Shown: positions 49,799 to 59,168 of the stretch, one piece after another
Layout: every line of letters begins with the position of its first letter
Position numbering within the stretch: position 1 is the stretch's first letter
From: a virus
Lineage: Duplodnaviria; Caudoviricetes
Strand: one strand, 5' to 3'
DNA length: 64,000 bases
IMG/VR virus record: IMGVR_UViG_2551306228_000004
Location: 32,001-96,000 of that record
The notes under the pieces: model-generated
What the model was told of the DNA's origin: nothing
Database searches by the model: none
Seen by the model: the letters and a program-made list of their open reading frames with translations, nothing else
Made by a program: the position numbers and the translations under genes

Positions 49799-52653
49799 GG
49801 TTTCACTCCTCTCAATCCTTGCTGACGTTCTAATTCATATACTAGTTTCTCTCCAACCATCTCCGCTAGTCGATGAAGGTCAGTCTCTTCACTTACTGTG
49901 TTACCTGTAATAGTGATGTGAATGGTCGGTAGATTGCTTGTCATGGTCTTTGCGATTCCTCGACCAATTGCACCTAACGTTTGTTCATTCAAAGGCAAGA
50001 CTGCTTCTTTTCCAGCCTCACCTCCAACCATTAGGCTATTGCCGTTTACCCCAAATGCGGTTGGTTTGGTTAAAATTCCTCCTTTGGCATACCAATCTAT
50101 AGAAATTCTTGGAATTCCACCCTTCAACCAATCGAGCGGATTGGCTGAACCAGATACTCGAAAATGAGGAAGGGGAATATGTGGCCATCTGATTTGGAAG
50201 TTAAAAAGATTTTTAATGGCATTGATGGCATTACTCACGGCATCTCTTGCACCATTGATAGCACTTGAAATGGTATTTTTCACACCGTTCCAAACAGATG
50301 ATACTGTATTGGATATGCCATTCAGAATATTGGATACGGTACTACTGATACCATTCCATATGGTTGATACTGTTGAACCAATCGCAGACAGGACACTAGA
50401 AATTGTCGACTGAATAGCTGACCAGATAGATGAAATGACAGAACTAATGGCAGATAGAACATTTGAGATGGTATTCTTGATACCTGTCCAAACAGTTGAG
50501 ATGTACTGGGCGATGAAATTGAGGGCTAAGGAAATAAGGGACTTGATCCCCTCCCATGCTATCGACAAGACCTGTTTGATGGTTTCCCAAGCGCCAGTCC
50601 AATCACCAGTGATAACTTGCATGACTGCCTTGATGATACCAAGTACCACATTGATAGCAGTCTCGACCACAATCTTTATCATCTCCCAAGCGGCTGTGAT
50701 GATGAGTTTGATATTCTCCCAACTTGCTTGGATGAGCGGTCCAAGAATAGTCATTACCGTTTGTATAACGGTAGTGATGGCATTCCATACCGTGGTTGCA
50801 GCATTTAGAATCAATTGCTGGTTTTCAGTCCACCATGTGGTTAGCGTTCCCCAGATGGACATAACAAAACTAGAAATCTGCTGGATGATCATGGACAGAA
50901 AGGCATAGATACTATTCCAGATTTCCGTCACAACCGTTCGAAAGCCTTCGTGATTCGTCCAGAGTTCTTTTAACCCAACAATCAGTAAGGTAATGGCAGC
51001 TACAATACCAACAATAATCCCCACAATCGGCAAGAATGCCGTTATCATTCCAACAACGGTTGTCCCCATAGCGGCTGCCGCAACCTGTAAGCCCAAGAAA
51101 ACTGGAAGTAACATCCCTACCACGGCTAAAATACCTGTGAAGATAATGACGACTTCCTTGATGGGACTGGATAAGTTGGTAAACCAAGTCGCTAGTTGAC
51201 TAACAATGTCTGCCAAACTTTGAAAGACTGGAATAAGCATCTCCAGAATCGGTTGACCGATTGCTGCTAGAGCATTAGTTCCAGACTGTCTTAAGTTACC
51301 CAGAACGTTTTCCAGTCCGTCTGATTCCCTTGCAGCTTGTCCCAGGGCTCCAGAGAGTTCATTGCCGTCCTCTACCATTTGAAGGAGGGTTAACTGCTTC
51401 TGAGCTTCTGAAAGTTCATTGAAGGACTTTCCATAGAGCTTGTTTGCCGCTGCATTACGAGTGGTTTCTGTCGCAGAAATACCTAGAGCTGCGTCATTTT
51501 CATAGTTTCCTTTGAGGAAGGACTGCAGGTTTTCGGTGACTTCTTCGATGGATTTGTCGTAAAATGCTGCCCCATCAGCCGCTGCTCTGGTGGCACGAGT
51601 GGTCAGATCCAAAGCCTGAGCCGTATCCATCCCAGAGGTTTTGGCAAAGGAAGCCATCTGAGTGAAGGAGCCTTGAAGACGCTCTGGAACAATGTCCATC
51701 TCTTCCCCAATCTTATTGAGGGCATCCTTAGCAGAATTCTCCATATCCCCAAATACGGTAGAGAATTGGGCATTGCTGGCTTGAAGTTGAGCTGCCGCAG
51801 ACATGGACTCTGTTCCGACTTCGAAGATTTTCTGAGAGATGTCTGCTAGCTTCTCACTGGTCGCTTGAAGTGCCTCAGCCCGAATGGTGTCAGACATGGC
51901 TTTCATGCCATCCTGAGCACCATCGGCAGAGGATTTAGTCTCATCCATCTCGTTGTTCAGGTTATTGAGTGCGGTCTTTGCTTGATTCAACTCAGCTTCC
52001 ATCTTATTGGCTTCAATGGAATTCTCACCATATTCACTCTTTGTCAGGGCTAGTTGCTTTTCGAGATTGGAAATCTGTTTAGAAACAATTTCTGACTGTG
52101 CTCCAATCTTTTGTTGGGCTATGGCATTGCGTTCTGCTTCGGAACTATTGGATGACAAAGCACTTTCTTGTAACTCAAATTGAGATATGACCTTGTTCAT
52201 CTCACTTGCTAACTGCCCCTGCTCCACTTGGAGTTTATCTAATTGTTGAGCCGCTGAACTACTAGCTCGACCGTGATTCTCAAGTGTTGATGACACATCA
52301 GCTAACTTAGTTTCATAGGACGTTAGCAACCTTTGAGTAGTTTCCACCTCACGTTGAAAGGCACGGTACTGGTCTGCCCCAATATCCCCAGCCTTAAATT
52401 GAGCTTCCACCTGTGATTGGGCTTGACGGAGCGTTGCCAATTTTTCTTTGGTTGTCTCGACTTGTTTTGCCAAGACTTCCTGCTTTTGAGTAAGGAGGGT
52501 GACATTGCCTGTATCAAACTTGAGAGCCTTATCAATTTGTCTTAGTTCTTTGGTAGCTTCAGATGCTTGTTTGTTTACACCCTTTAAGGCATCTTGTAAG
52601 GGTTGAGTATCGCCACCAATTTCAATCGTAATTCCCTTTATGTTTCCTGCCAT
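49795..52653 (-). CDS. Tape measure protein
   Basis: IKGITIEIGGDT start; 11-aa Trp-periodic repeats; WYAKGG..GGEAGKEAVLPL. Confidence 0.92.
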   Translation of the reverse strand: MAGNIKGITIEIGGDTQPLQDALKGVNKQASEATKELRQIDKALKFDTGNVTLLTQKQEVLAKQVETTKEKLATLRQAQSQVEAQFKAGDIGADQYRAFQREVETTQRLLTSYETKLADVSSTLENHGRASSSAAQQLDKLQVEQGQLASEMNKVISQFELQESALSSNSSEAERNAIAQQKIGAQSEIVSKQISNLEKQLALTKSEYGENSIEANKMEAELNQAKTALNNLNNEMDETKSSADGAQDGMKAMSDTIRAEALQATSEKLADISQKIFEVGTESMSAAAQLQASNAQFSTVFGDMENSAKDALNKIGEEMDIVPERLQGSFTQMASFAKTSGMDTAQALDLTTRATRAAADGAAFYDKSIEEVTENLQSFLKGNYENDAALGISATETTRNAAANKLYGKSFNELSEAQKQLTLLQMVEDGNELSGALGQAARESDGLENVLGNLRQSGTNALAAIGQPILEMLIPVFQSLADIVSQLATWFTNLSSPIKEVVIIFTGILAVVGMLLPVFLGLQVAAAAMGTTVVGMITAFLPIVGIIVGIVAAITLLIVGLKELWTNHEGFRTVVTEIWNSIYAFLSMIIQQISSFVMSIWGTLTTWWTENQQLILNAATTVWNAITTVIQTVMTILGPLIQASWENIKLIITAAWEMIKIVVETAINVVLGIIKAVMQVITGDWTGAWETIKQVLSIAWEGIKSLISLALNFIAQYISTVWTGIKNTISNVLSAISSVISSIWSAIQSTISSVLSAIGSTVSTIWNGISSTVSNILNGISNTVSSVWNGVKNTISSAINGARDAVSNAINAIKNLFNFQIRWPHIPLPHFRVSGSANPLDWLKGGIPRISIDWYAKGGILTKPTAFGVNGNSLMVGGEAGKEAVLPLNEQTLGAIGRGIAKTMTSNLPTIHITITGNTVSEETDLHRLAEMVGEKLVYELERQQGLRGVKP

Positions 52654-52671
52654 AGTCCCTCCTTTCTACCA

Positions 52672-53255
52672 TCAGAAATTATCAAAATCAGCTTGAGTTG
52701 CTGGGCGTGTTTGAGAAGTTTCTCGAGTACGCATCTCCACATAGTCCGTTTGGTAGTCAAGTGCCATCCCAATAGAGATATGTTTTAAATCGTCAATAGT
52801 CAGACCAGTCTCCTTACAACAGGAGAAATAACTCTCTACTGTGAAGATTTCTTCACTCGCTGTTTCTGTTTCATCTGCTTTTTTCTGGTTGACATCCCTT
52901 GGTTCAACATATTCATCAAGACAGGGGCTACTTCCTGCACTGGAAATTCTTCCATCTCCATATAAAAATCCACAAATGGTTTCACTCGTGGATTGGCTGA
53001 CTTCGCAAAAACCCAAAAGATTCGATGGAAAAATGTCATATCGAAATCAGACAGAATAGAAACATCAATATGATGGGCCTGTAATTCCTCTCCATCTTCT
53101 AACTGGTCAAGTTTTGCCAAGATTGCTTGACTATTGACCATCGAGAATAAGTCTTGGAAATAGTCCTTACCAAACTGCTCTTTATAAGCAATTGGTGTGT
53201 AGGCATTGGTTGCTAACTCGTAGGTCGTGCCTGCTATGGTAATACTTTCTCTCAT
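52672..53255 (-). CDS. Tail assembly chaperone G (52836..53255) with -1 frameshift extension GT (to 52672)
   Basis: Slippery A AAA AAG at 52878-52884; the -1 frame continues KKADETETASEEIF. Confidence 0.8.
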
Positions 53256-53266
53256 TGCCTTCTCCC

Positions 53267-53836
53267 TTACTTACGAGGCTCAAAAACTGCCTTGAACCAG
53301 TTTTCACGAATCTCATCGCTCGTTTCCTCTGTTGTTCGTCGACGTACAACCTTATCAAGTGGGCGAGGACTGGCAGTAAAGGTCAACTCTACCTCATTGA
53401 TATCTGAACCAGACTTGGTTTTTGAACCAACAGTCGGACGAGATGCGTAACAATAATACAAAACGTGTAAGGTTTCTTTTTTATCCCCTTCAAAACGGAA
53501 CATCAACGCAAAATTTTTCTTTTCGCTGTTTGCGATCTCTGAAATGGTGTTTGTCGTCGCATCCAACTGTTCTCCAAGGACTCGTGTCAAAAATTCCTGC
53601 GTTAGAAGGGCAACTTTTAGTGTTCCCTCATAGCCATCATTTGACTCTGTTGTATAAAAATTGATATTGTCTGCCTTATAAGAACCCTTATCTCCTGTTG
53701 GTTCAAGGGTTAATTCTGCAGCACCACGAAGTCGTTCTACATTGCCGTATGTCAACGTACCATCAGAACCTTCGCTTGTAACTTCTGCCCAATGGACATC
53801 TTGTAGTCCAAAGGTGACCTTATTCTTTTCAGCCAT
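53267..53836 (-). CDS. Major tail protein (phi13 family)
   Basis: NKVTFGL..VHWA, YKADN, GYEGTL. Confidence 0.88.
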   Translation of the reverse strand: MAEKNKVTFGLQDVHWAEVTSEGSDGTLTYGNVERLRGAAELTLEPTGDKGSYKADNINFYTTESNDGYEGTLKVALLTQEFLTRVLGEQLDATTNTISEIANSEKKNFALMFRFEGDKKETLHVLYYCYASRPTVGSKTKSGSDINEVELTFTASPRPLDKVVRRRTTEETSDEIRENWFKAVFEPRK

Positions 53837-53837
53837 A

Positions 53838-54164
53838 TTATCCTCCATGTAATGTGATGTAATAGGTTATTTGGTAGAGTTTCTCTGATGAGATATAGGT
53901 CTCTACTTTTTCAAAATAAATAAGGTGGCTGTCAAATAATGACTCCACCTTTTGTTCAGTTGCTAAATCTTTCTTAGTGGTATAGAGTTCCACTAGCAGG
54001 TTATTCTGCTTATGATAGGTCCAATTGTCTGCACCATGATTTTCTGAATCAGTCACCAAATAAACCAGATACGGTGGTCTTGGACGACTCCCTTCTTCAA
54101 AATGATGGTAAGCGAGGGGGAGCTGTAATTCTTTGAGAATGGAGTACATTTCGCTCAGTAACAT
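53838..54164 (-). CDS. Tail terminator / completion protein
   Basis: PPYLVY...ADN...VELYT motif; position in the tail module. Confidence 0.75.
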   Translation of the reverse strand: MLLSEMYSILKELQLPLAYHHFEEGSRPRPPYLVYLVTDSENHGADNWTYHKQNNLLVELYTTKKDLATEQKVESLFDSHLIYFEKVETYISSEKLYQITYYITLHGG

Positions 54165-54170
54165 GTCATA

Positions 54171-54539
54171 TCACACTCGCTTTCTCAGCTTTTCTTCTAA
54201 GGATTGTATTGCTTGTTTCTCTACAGGTGCGATATGCTTAATTCCCTCAACTCGCCCACCAGAGCTTTTGGCATGACCATTTTCTAACAGATGCGTCAGG
54301 CCTGGTGTTCGATTATGAATAGTCTTGGTTAGACCTGTACTGGTATCAATCGTTGCTTTACTCTTCCACCCTTTGGCATAGGAACCACTCTTTCTAGGTG
54401 ACGTTGCTTTCAAGGTTACGATGGATTCCTCGGTGACTTCCTCTACAACTTCACGCATCACCTCTGTTGTATCCTCTACAAATTCCGCCAGCTCATTTGC
54501 GATGGCAGTTTCTAGTGCATCTAGTTCAATTCTAGTCAT
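54171..54539 (-). CDS. HK97 gp10-family neck protein
   Basis: SPRKSGSYAKGW, THLLENGH. Confidence 0.85.
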   Translation of the reverse strand: MTRIELDALETAIANELAEFVEDTTEVMREVVEEVTEESIVTLKATSPRKSGSYAKGWKSKATIDTSTGLTKTIHNRTPGLTHLLENGHAKSSGGRVEGIKHIAPVEKQAIQSLEEKLRKRV

Positions 54540-54870
54540 AACTCTCCTCCCTAATGGCGACGATGTAAATCAGTTGACGTGGCACTGTATCTCCATCAAT
54601 AGACTCAATCTCATAGGTTTGACCACGAAATTGAATGTGAGTCGTTAAGGAATGAAGTCCAAGAATTGCCTTTTCATACCTGAGGGTGAACTGGACTTTC
54701 TCTTGTTCCAGTTTCGTCACACTCCCATCCCTTTCAGTCAAGGTGAGAGGACGACAAGAGCACCACCGGTCAAATAAAGGTATCCATGTCGAAGTTTCAT
54801 TGCCAATCTCATCTTGAACAATCTGTCGAACATGAAACACCAAGCGTTCCCTCAAAGGTGCAATCTTCAT
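54532..54870 (-). CDS. Head closure / head-tail adaptor (SPP1 gp16-like)
   Basis: LRERL...DEIGN...FTLRY...YEIESI. Confidence 0.82.
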   Translation of the reverse strand: MKIAPLRERLVFHVRQIVQDEIGNETSTWIPLFDRWCSCRPLTLTERDGSVTKLEQEKVQFTLRYEKAILGLHSLTTHIQFRGQTYEIESIDGDTVPRQLIYIVAIREESYD

Positions 54871-55127
54871 CAGAACACATCCTTTCGTTCGGCCAACAAC
54901 AAGTGATAAAGTGTTTCTTTCAACTCCTTATGATTTGCATCCTCTCTGTGTTCATAAAGATAGGCAACCCCGTATAGGATTGCCGTCTTTAGAACTTCTG
55001 AATAAGTCGATTGACGCAAAATATCTTCACAGAGTTGTTTACTGGTTTCAAGCAACTGCTCAATCAGTCCATCCTCATCATCGTATTCCACTTTGAGATA
55101 CTGTTTTGCTTCTGCTAAACTAACCAT
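54870..55127 (-). CDS. Head-tail connector (gp6-like)
   Basis: SLAEAKQYLKVE.DDED.LI...YLYEHRE. Confidence 0.85.
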   Translation of the reverse strand: MVSLAEAKQYLKVEYDDEDGLIEQLLETSKQLCEDILRQSTYSEVLKTAILYGVAYLYEHREDANHKELKETLYHLLLAERKDVF

Positions 55128-55129
55128 GA

Positions 55130-56335
55130 CTATTTAGCCTTTACTGTTAGTGTCTTCACAGCTTCAGGTAGGACTAACTTGCCATCAACACGTTGTGAAG
55201 CAAGAAAGCCAATCTGTCCATTATTGGCATAGAGTTCGTTCAGACGTTTGAAGGTACGTCCCTGACGGTCTGCAATCCAATAATATGAGAAATCACCAAA
55301 TGCAATGGCCTTGTTTCCTGCTTCAGGAAGTGGGGCAAAAGTTGATGTATAGTATGGACGATTTAGAATCAAATCTGGTTGTCCAGCTTGAGTGGATGGT
55401 TGCCAAATGTAATTACCGTTGTTATCCTTGAGTTTACGGATAGCTTTGACAGTCGTATCATGTAAAATCCAAACTGCATTCTTACGATAGGGTGCTGGTA
55501 AAGAATGATACAGTTCAATCATGTCATCAAAAGTAATATCCTTTGTAGCAGTCGTTGGACCTGTAACTTCTGCCTGAGTAAAGATACCTGTCGGCTTCTT
55601 AGAACCATCGCCAATCAAGAATGCCTTTTCTTCTTCTGTTCCAATACGACGAGCAAATTCAGCTGTCATATAGGATTCAAGGTCAAAGACTGAATCGTTT
55701 AGCAACTCTTCTGAAATGCGAATGGCAGTACCAATCTTATGAGAGTCGAGTGTCACCTGACCAAAGGTTTCTTCTGTTTCTGGGTATAAACCATTTTCAT
55801 CCATCCACGAGGCTGATCCATGCCCAGTCACAACAGGAATCTTTCGCTCACCACTAGATGTTTTGATAACAGTCGCAAGGCTACGGAAGAAATTCTCTTC
55901 TTGTAAGCCTTGAACTAGTTTCTTCTCATACTCATCAGGAACCAGATGTCCACCTTCGGTATCTTCCCCAACTCGAAGGACGTCTTTGACATCAAAGAAG
56001 TGACGCTTACGAACACTTGTCCAAAAAGTCTTGGCATAGCTATCTGAAGCCACACCCTTCTTTTCCTCTTCAGTAGTCTTGTCATTCAGAACTGTAGTGG
56101 GTTGCCCAATTAAAGCCTGTGAGGCTGGTTGAGCAAGTTCAAGGTCAATCTTTTCTTGTCGCTCCAATCGAGCAATCTCTTGATTGTAGAGGTTGATTTT
56201 TGCTTCCATATCATCATAGCGTTTGGAATCTTCCTCAGATACAAGTCCATCTTCTGTTCGAACAGAATCAAGGAAGGTTTTTGCTTGTTGCCAAGCTTGG
56301 TTACGTTTTTCTTTCAATTCAAGTAATGTAGACAT
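55130..56335 (-). CDS. Major capsid protein (HK97 fold)
   Basis: N-terminal delta coiled coil, GGHLVP, ISEELLNDS, FGDFS. Confidence 0.93.
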   Translation of the reverse strand: MSTLLELKEKRNQAWQQAKTFLDSVRTEDGLVSEEDSKRYDDMEAKINLYNQEIARLERQEKIDLELAQPASQALIGQPTTVLNDKTTEEEKKGVASDSYAKTFWTSVRKRHFFDVKDVLRVGEDTEGGHLVPDEYEKKLVQGLQEENFFRSLATVIKTSSGERKIPVVTGHGSASWMDENGLYPETEETFGQVTLDSHKIGTAIRISEELLNDSVFDLESYMTAEFARRIGTEEEKAFLIGDGSKKPTGIFTQAEVTGPTTATKDITFDDMIELYHSLPAPYRKNAVWILHDTTVKAIRKLKDNNGNYIWQPSTQAGQPDLILNRPYYTSTFAPLPEAGNKAIAFGDFSYYWIADRQGRTFKRLNELYANNGQIGFLASQRVDGKLVLPEAVKTLTVKAK

Positions 56336-56353
56336 CAGTTCATTTTCCTTTCG

Positions 56354-57049
56354 TTATTTGAGCAAATTCAATCGTTTTTCCAACTGATTGATCGGGATTG
56401 TTTTCTTTGGTTGTTGGACTCCAAGTTTCGCCTGCATTTTGACAAGTAAATCTTGTTGGACAGCAGTTCGACTGAAAGAATAACTCTCAGTCTCCATTCC
56501 ATGTTCCTCTTGTTTGTCAAAGAGAATCTTGTCTGCAAAGCCCAGTTCAACAGCCTTTTTGGCATTGAACCAAGACTCTGAGTCCATGAGGTGTGATAGC
56601 TTGGTTCTTGAAAGTCCTGTTCTTAGTTCATAGGCATTGATGATGGATTCCTTGATTTCGCCCAACATTTCAATGACCTTCTGCATATCCTTGGCTTCAC
56701 CTTGTGCCACAGTCCAAGGGTTGTGAATCATCATCATGGCAACCGGACTCATAGAAACCGTTGTACCTGCCATGGCAATGACACTAGCAGCACTTGCGGC
56801 TAATCCATCAATCACTACATGGACATCACCTTTGTAATCCATCAGCATGTTATAGATTTGAGCAGCCGCAAAAACATCACCCCCTGGACTGTTTATCCAG
56901 AGGGTGATGTCTCCACTACCTGCATGTAAATCATTTTTAAATACTTGTGGCGTGACTTCATCGCCAAACCACGTCTCATCAGCAATCTGTCCTTCAATAC
57001 GAAGTGTTCGACCACTATCATCTTCTGTAAAATTCCAAAACTTATGCAT
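56354..57049 (-). CDS. ClpP-type prohead protease
   Basis: INSPGGDV, AASAAS, MIHNP. Confidence 0.9.
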   Translation of the reverse strand: MHKFWNFTEDDSGRTLRIEGQIADETWFGDEVTPQVFKNDLHAGSGDITLWINSPGGDVFAAAQIYNMLMDYKGDVHVVIDGLAASAASVIAMAGTTVSMSPVAMMMIHNPWTVAQGEAKDMQKVIEMLGEIKESIINAYELRTGLSRTKLSHLMDSESWFNAKKAVELGFADKILFDKQEEHGMETESYSFSRTAVQQDLLVKMQAKLGVQQPKKTIPINQLEKRLNLLK

Positions 57050-58325
57050 CTATATCCTCCTCAGCTTGAGTTTCTTGTTCTACTGGTCCTTGTTTCATAA
57101 AGCCACCCGCATCCTTCAGTTTCGTCATGTTTCCGTTTATCAAGTAGAGATTACCTCCTTCCTCATCTGAAAGGAGGTTCAAGTCCTCAAGTTCACGAAT
57201 ATCATTCGTCGACAGCCAGCCATTTTGTCTCCCAATCGCATAGCCATTCATTCGACTCTGATAGTCTCCACGAAGAAGACCATCTACATTGAACTTCACA
57301 AAATAGGTTTTCTTTTCTTCAGGTAAAAAAAGAGACCTCTTGAAAGCCTGTTCGAGACGAACTACCCAAGGGTCTAAGGTATATTTAACAAATTCTAGGG
57401 ATTGTTGCTCAATGTTTGAAAATGAGGATTTCTCCAAGTCGCCAACCATATGAGGTGGAATGCGGTAGAGCCTTGCAATTTCATTGATTTGGAATTTTCT
57501 AGTTTGGAGAAACTGGGCTTCTTCTGGTGGAATGCCTACTTGAGTGTATTTCATCCCTTCCTCAAGAACTGCCACTTTATGGGCATTGGTTACCCCATTG
57601 TAGACTGCATTCCATGAATCTCTCACTCGTTTGGGATCTTTGAGAATACCTGGGTGTTCCAAAACGCCACCCGGATTCGCTCCATTTTTAAAGAATGATG
57701 CCCCATAGTTTTCCGTAGCCAAGGTCATGCCGATAGCATTTTTTGCAAGAGCAATTGGAGAATAACCTATCAAGCCATCAAAACCAAGACCAGGTACATG
57801 AAGAACATCTTCTGCTCTCAAGATAGCAACTCCCTTTTCCTTAAAGTTAGGATTTTCTTCTGACTGACGCTTGTATTTGTAATAGAGCTTACCACTCTCG
57901 TCTCGATGAACAGACATCTTATCTGGTAAGAGCGGGTAAAGACTGATAACTTGTCCACTCCTATCTCGGATAATCTGGACATAGGCATTGCCCCATATCA
58001 ATAGATGGGTCATCAAGGTTTCTCTAAAGACAAAGGATGACATCTCAGGGTTAGGTTCATCATGTAAAAGAAAATAAAGGGGATGATCCACCTTTTTCTC
58101 CTTTCCAGTTGCCGTTCTCTCATAAACATGAATGGGTAGTGAAGCTACTGCTTCAGCTAAGATACGGACACAAGCATAAACAGCTGTCGTCTGCATAGCT
58201 TTAAACTCATCTACGTTCTCCCCACTGGTCGTTCGTCCAAACAGATATGAGAAGTCCTGACCTTCATAACTATTTCGTGGTTTATCTCTAGAACGCTTAC
58301 GTCCCAGTAAATCTAGTAGTCCCAT
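57042..58325 (-). CDS. Portal protein (HK97 family)
   Basis: AVYACV...PN..MS...GNAY...IARLYRIPP. Confidence 0.92.
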   Translation of the reverse strand: MGLLDLLGRKRSRDKPRNSYEGQDFSYLFGRTTSGENVDEFKAMQTTAVYACVRILAEAVASLPIHVYERTATGKEKKVDHPLYFLLHDEPNPEMSSFVFRETLMTHLLIWGNAYVQIIRDRSGQVISLYPLLPDKMSVHRDESGKLYYKYKRQSEENPNFKEKGVAILRAEDVLHVPGLGFDGLIGYSPIALAKNAIGMTLATENYGASFFKNGANPGGVLEHPGILKDPKRVRDSWNAVYNGVTNAHKVAVLEEGMKYTQVGIPPEEAQFLQTRKFQINEIARLYRIPPHMVGDLEKSSFSNIEQQSLEFVKYTLDPWVVRLEQAFKRSLFLPEEKKTYFVKFNVDGLLRGDYQSRMNGYAIGRQNGWLSTNDIRELEDLNLLSDEEGGNLYLINGNMTKLKDAGGFMKQGPVEQETQAEEDIDA

Positions 58326-58465
58326 ACTTCCTCCTTTTGAGTACGAAAAAAGCACCTCGATTGAAGTGCTTATCGTTTGTTCTTAGATGTTTTTCATCTC
58401 TCCTTCTTCAAATAGATACCATATTCTATCACTTTCTTGAAGTTATATCCTCAATAAGAAAAGTT

Positions 58466-58837
58466 TTAATGATTCCGTATGTATTCTAAAATTGCATCAT
58501 AATCTAATTCTGATGAAGCTACTCCAAGTCCTAGCTTCACTACTTCATCATCAGTCTGATTTAACACAATGCCATTTAATTCTAGAAAAATAATCATGAC
58601 AAACACTCCAATTCGCTTGTTCCCATCAAGGAAGGCATGATTATTAACTAGCGAATAACAAAGTCTAGCAGCCTTTTCTTCAATACTTGGATACTTCTCA
58701 ACACCAAAATAAGTACTAAAAGCTGAAGATAGTGAAGATTCTATTAAACCAACATCCCTAACACCATCTAACCCCCCAGTAGCTTGAATTAACCTAGTGT
58801 GTAATTCAATAACCTGTTCAACAGTTAATACTTTCAT
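58466..58837 (-). CDS. doc: Doc (Fic-family) toxin
   Basis: HAFLDGNKR motif. Confidence 0.9.
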   Translation of the reverse strand: MKVLTVEQVIELHTRLIQATGGLDGVRDVGLIESSLSSAFSTYFGVEKYPSIEEKAARLCYSLVNNHAFLDGNKRIGVFVMIIFLELNGIVLNQTDDEVVKLGLGVASSELDYDAILEYIRNH

Positions 58838-59091
58838 TTTGCCAATTCCTTAAATGCATCAAGATGGCGTGATAAAACCGAAGTCGCAACTTCATCCAAA
58901 GTTGATTGTTCAACAACCGTAGGGGTTGCCTGTTCCTCTTTAATTAGACTCTGATAGTCCACTAATACATACTTTGGTGTGTTATTTTTCAATATTACTG
59001 CAGTACCATTCGTATCGACCATACGAGCTACCTTAGAAAAGTTTTGATTTGCTTCAGAAATAGAGACTAAGTTTTCAATATTGATTTGCAT
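58834..59091 (-). CDS. phd: Phd/YefM antitoxin
   Basis: VSISEANQNFSKV...VILKNNTP; 4-nt overlap with doc. Confidence 0.88.
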   Translation of the reverse strand: MQINIENLVSISEANQNFSKVARMVDTNGTAVILKNNTPKYVLVDYQSLIKEEQATPTVVEQSTLDEVATSVLSRHLDAFKELAK

Positions 59092-59112
59092 TGTAATATC
59101 CTCCTTTTCTCT

Positions 59113-59168
59113 ATTCTACCACTTTTTAGGATATATTCAACCTATTTAGGTTATTTTCATCCTAAAAA
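59113..59168 (-). promoter_or_regulatory. phd-doc promoter with nested palindromic operators
   Basis: TTGAAT-16-TAGAAT (extended TG); inverted repeats TTTTTAGGAT/ATCCTAAAAA (59123-59168) and AACCTA/TAGGTT (59139-59152). Confidence 0.6.

Noticed and set aside
50200-50950. Periodic sequence resembling a repeat array or CRISPR
   Set aside because: These are coding 11-aa repeats of the tape measure protein; I saw no identical repeats with unique spacers anywhere in the window.
52672-53016. Independent 114-aa gene
   Set aside because: Better explained as the -1 frameshift extension of the tail chaperone.
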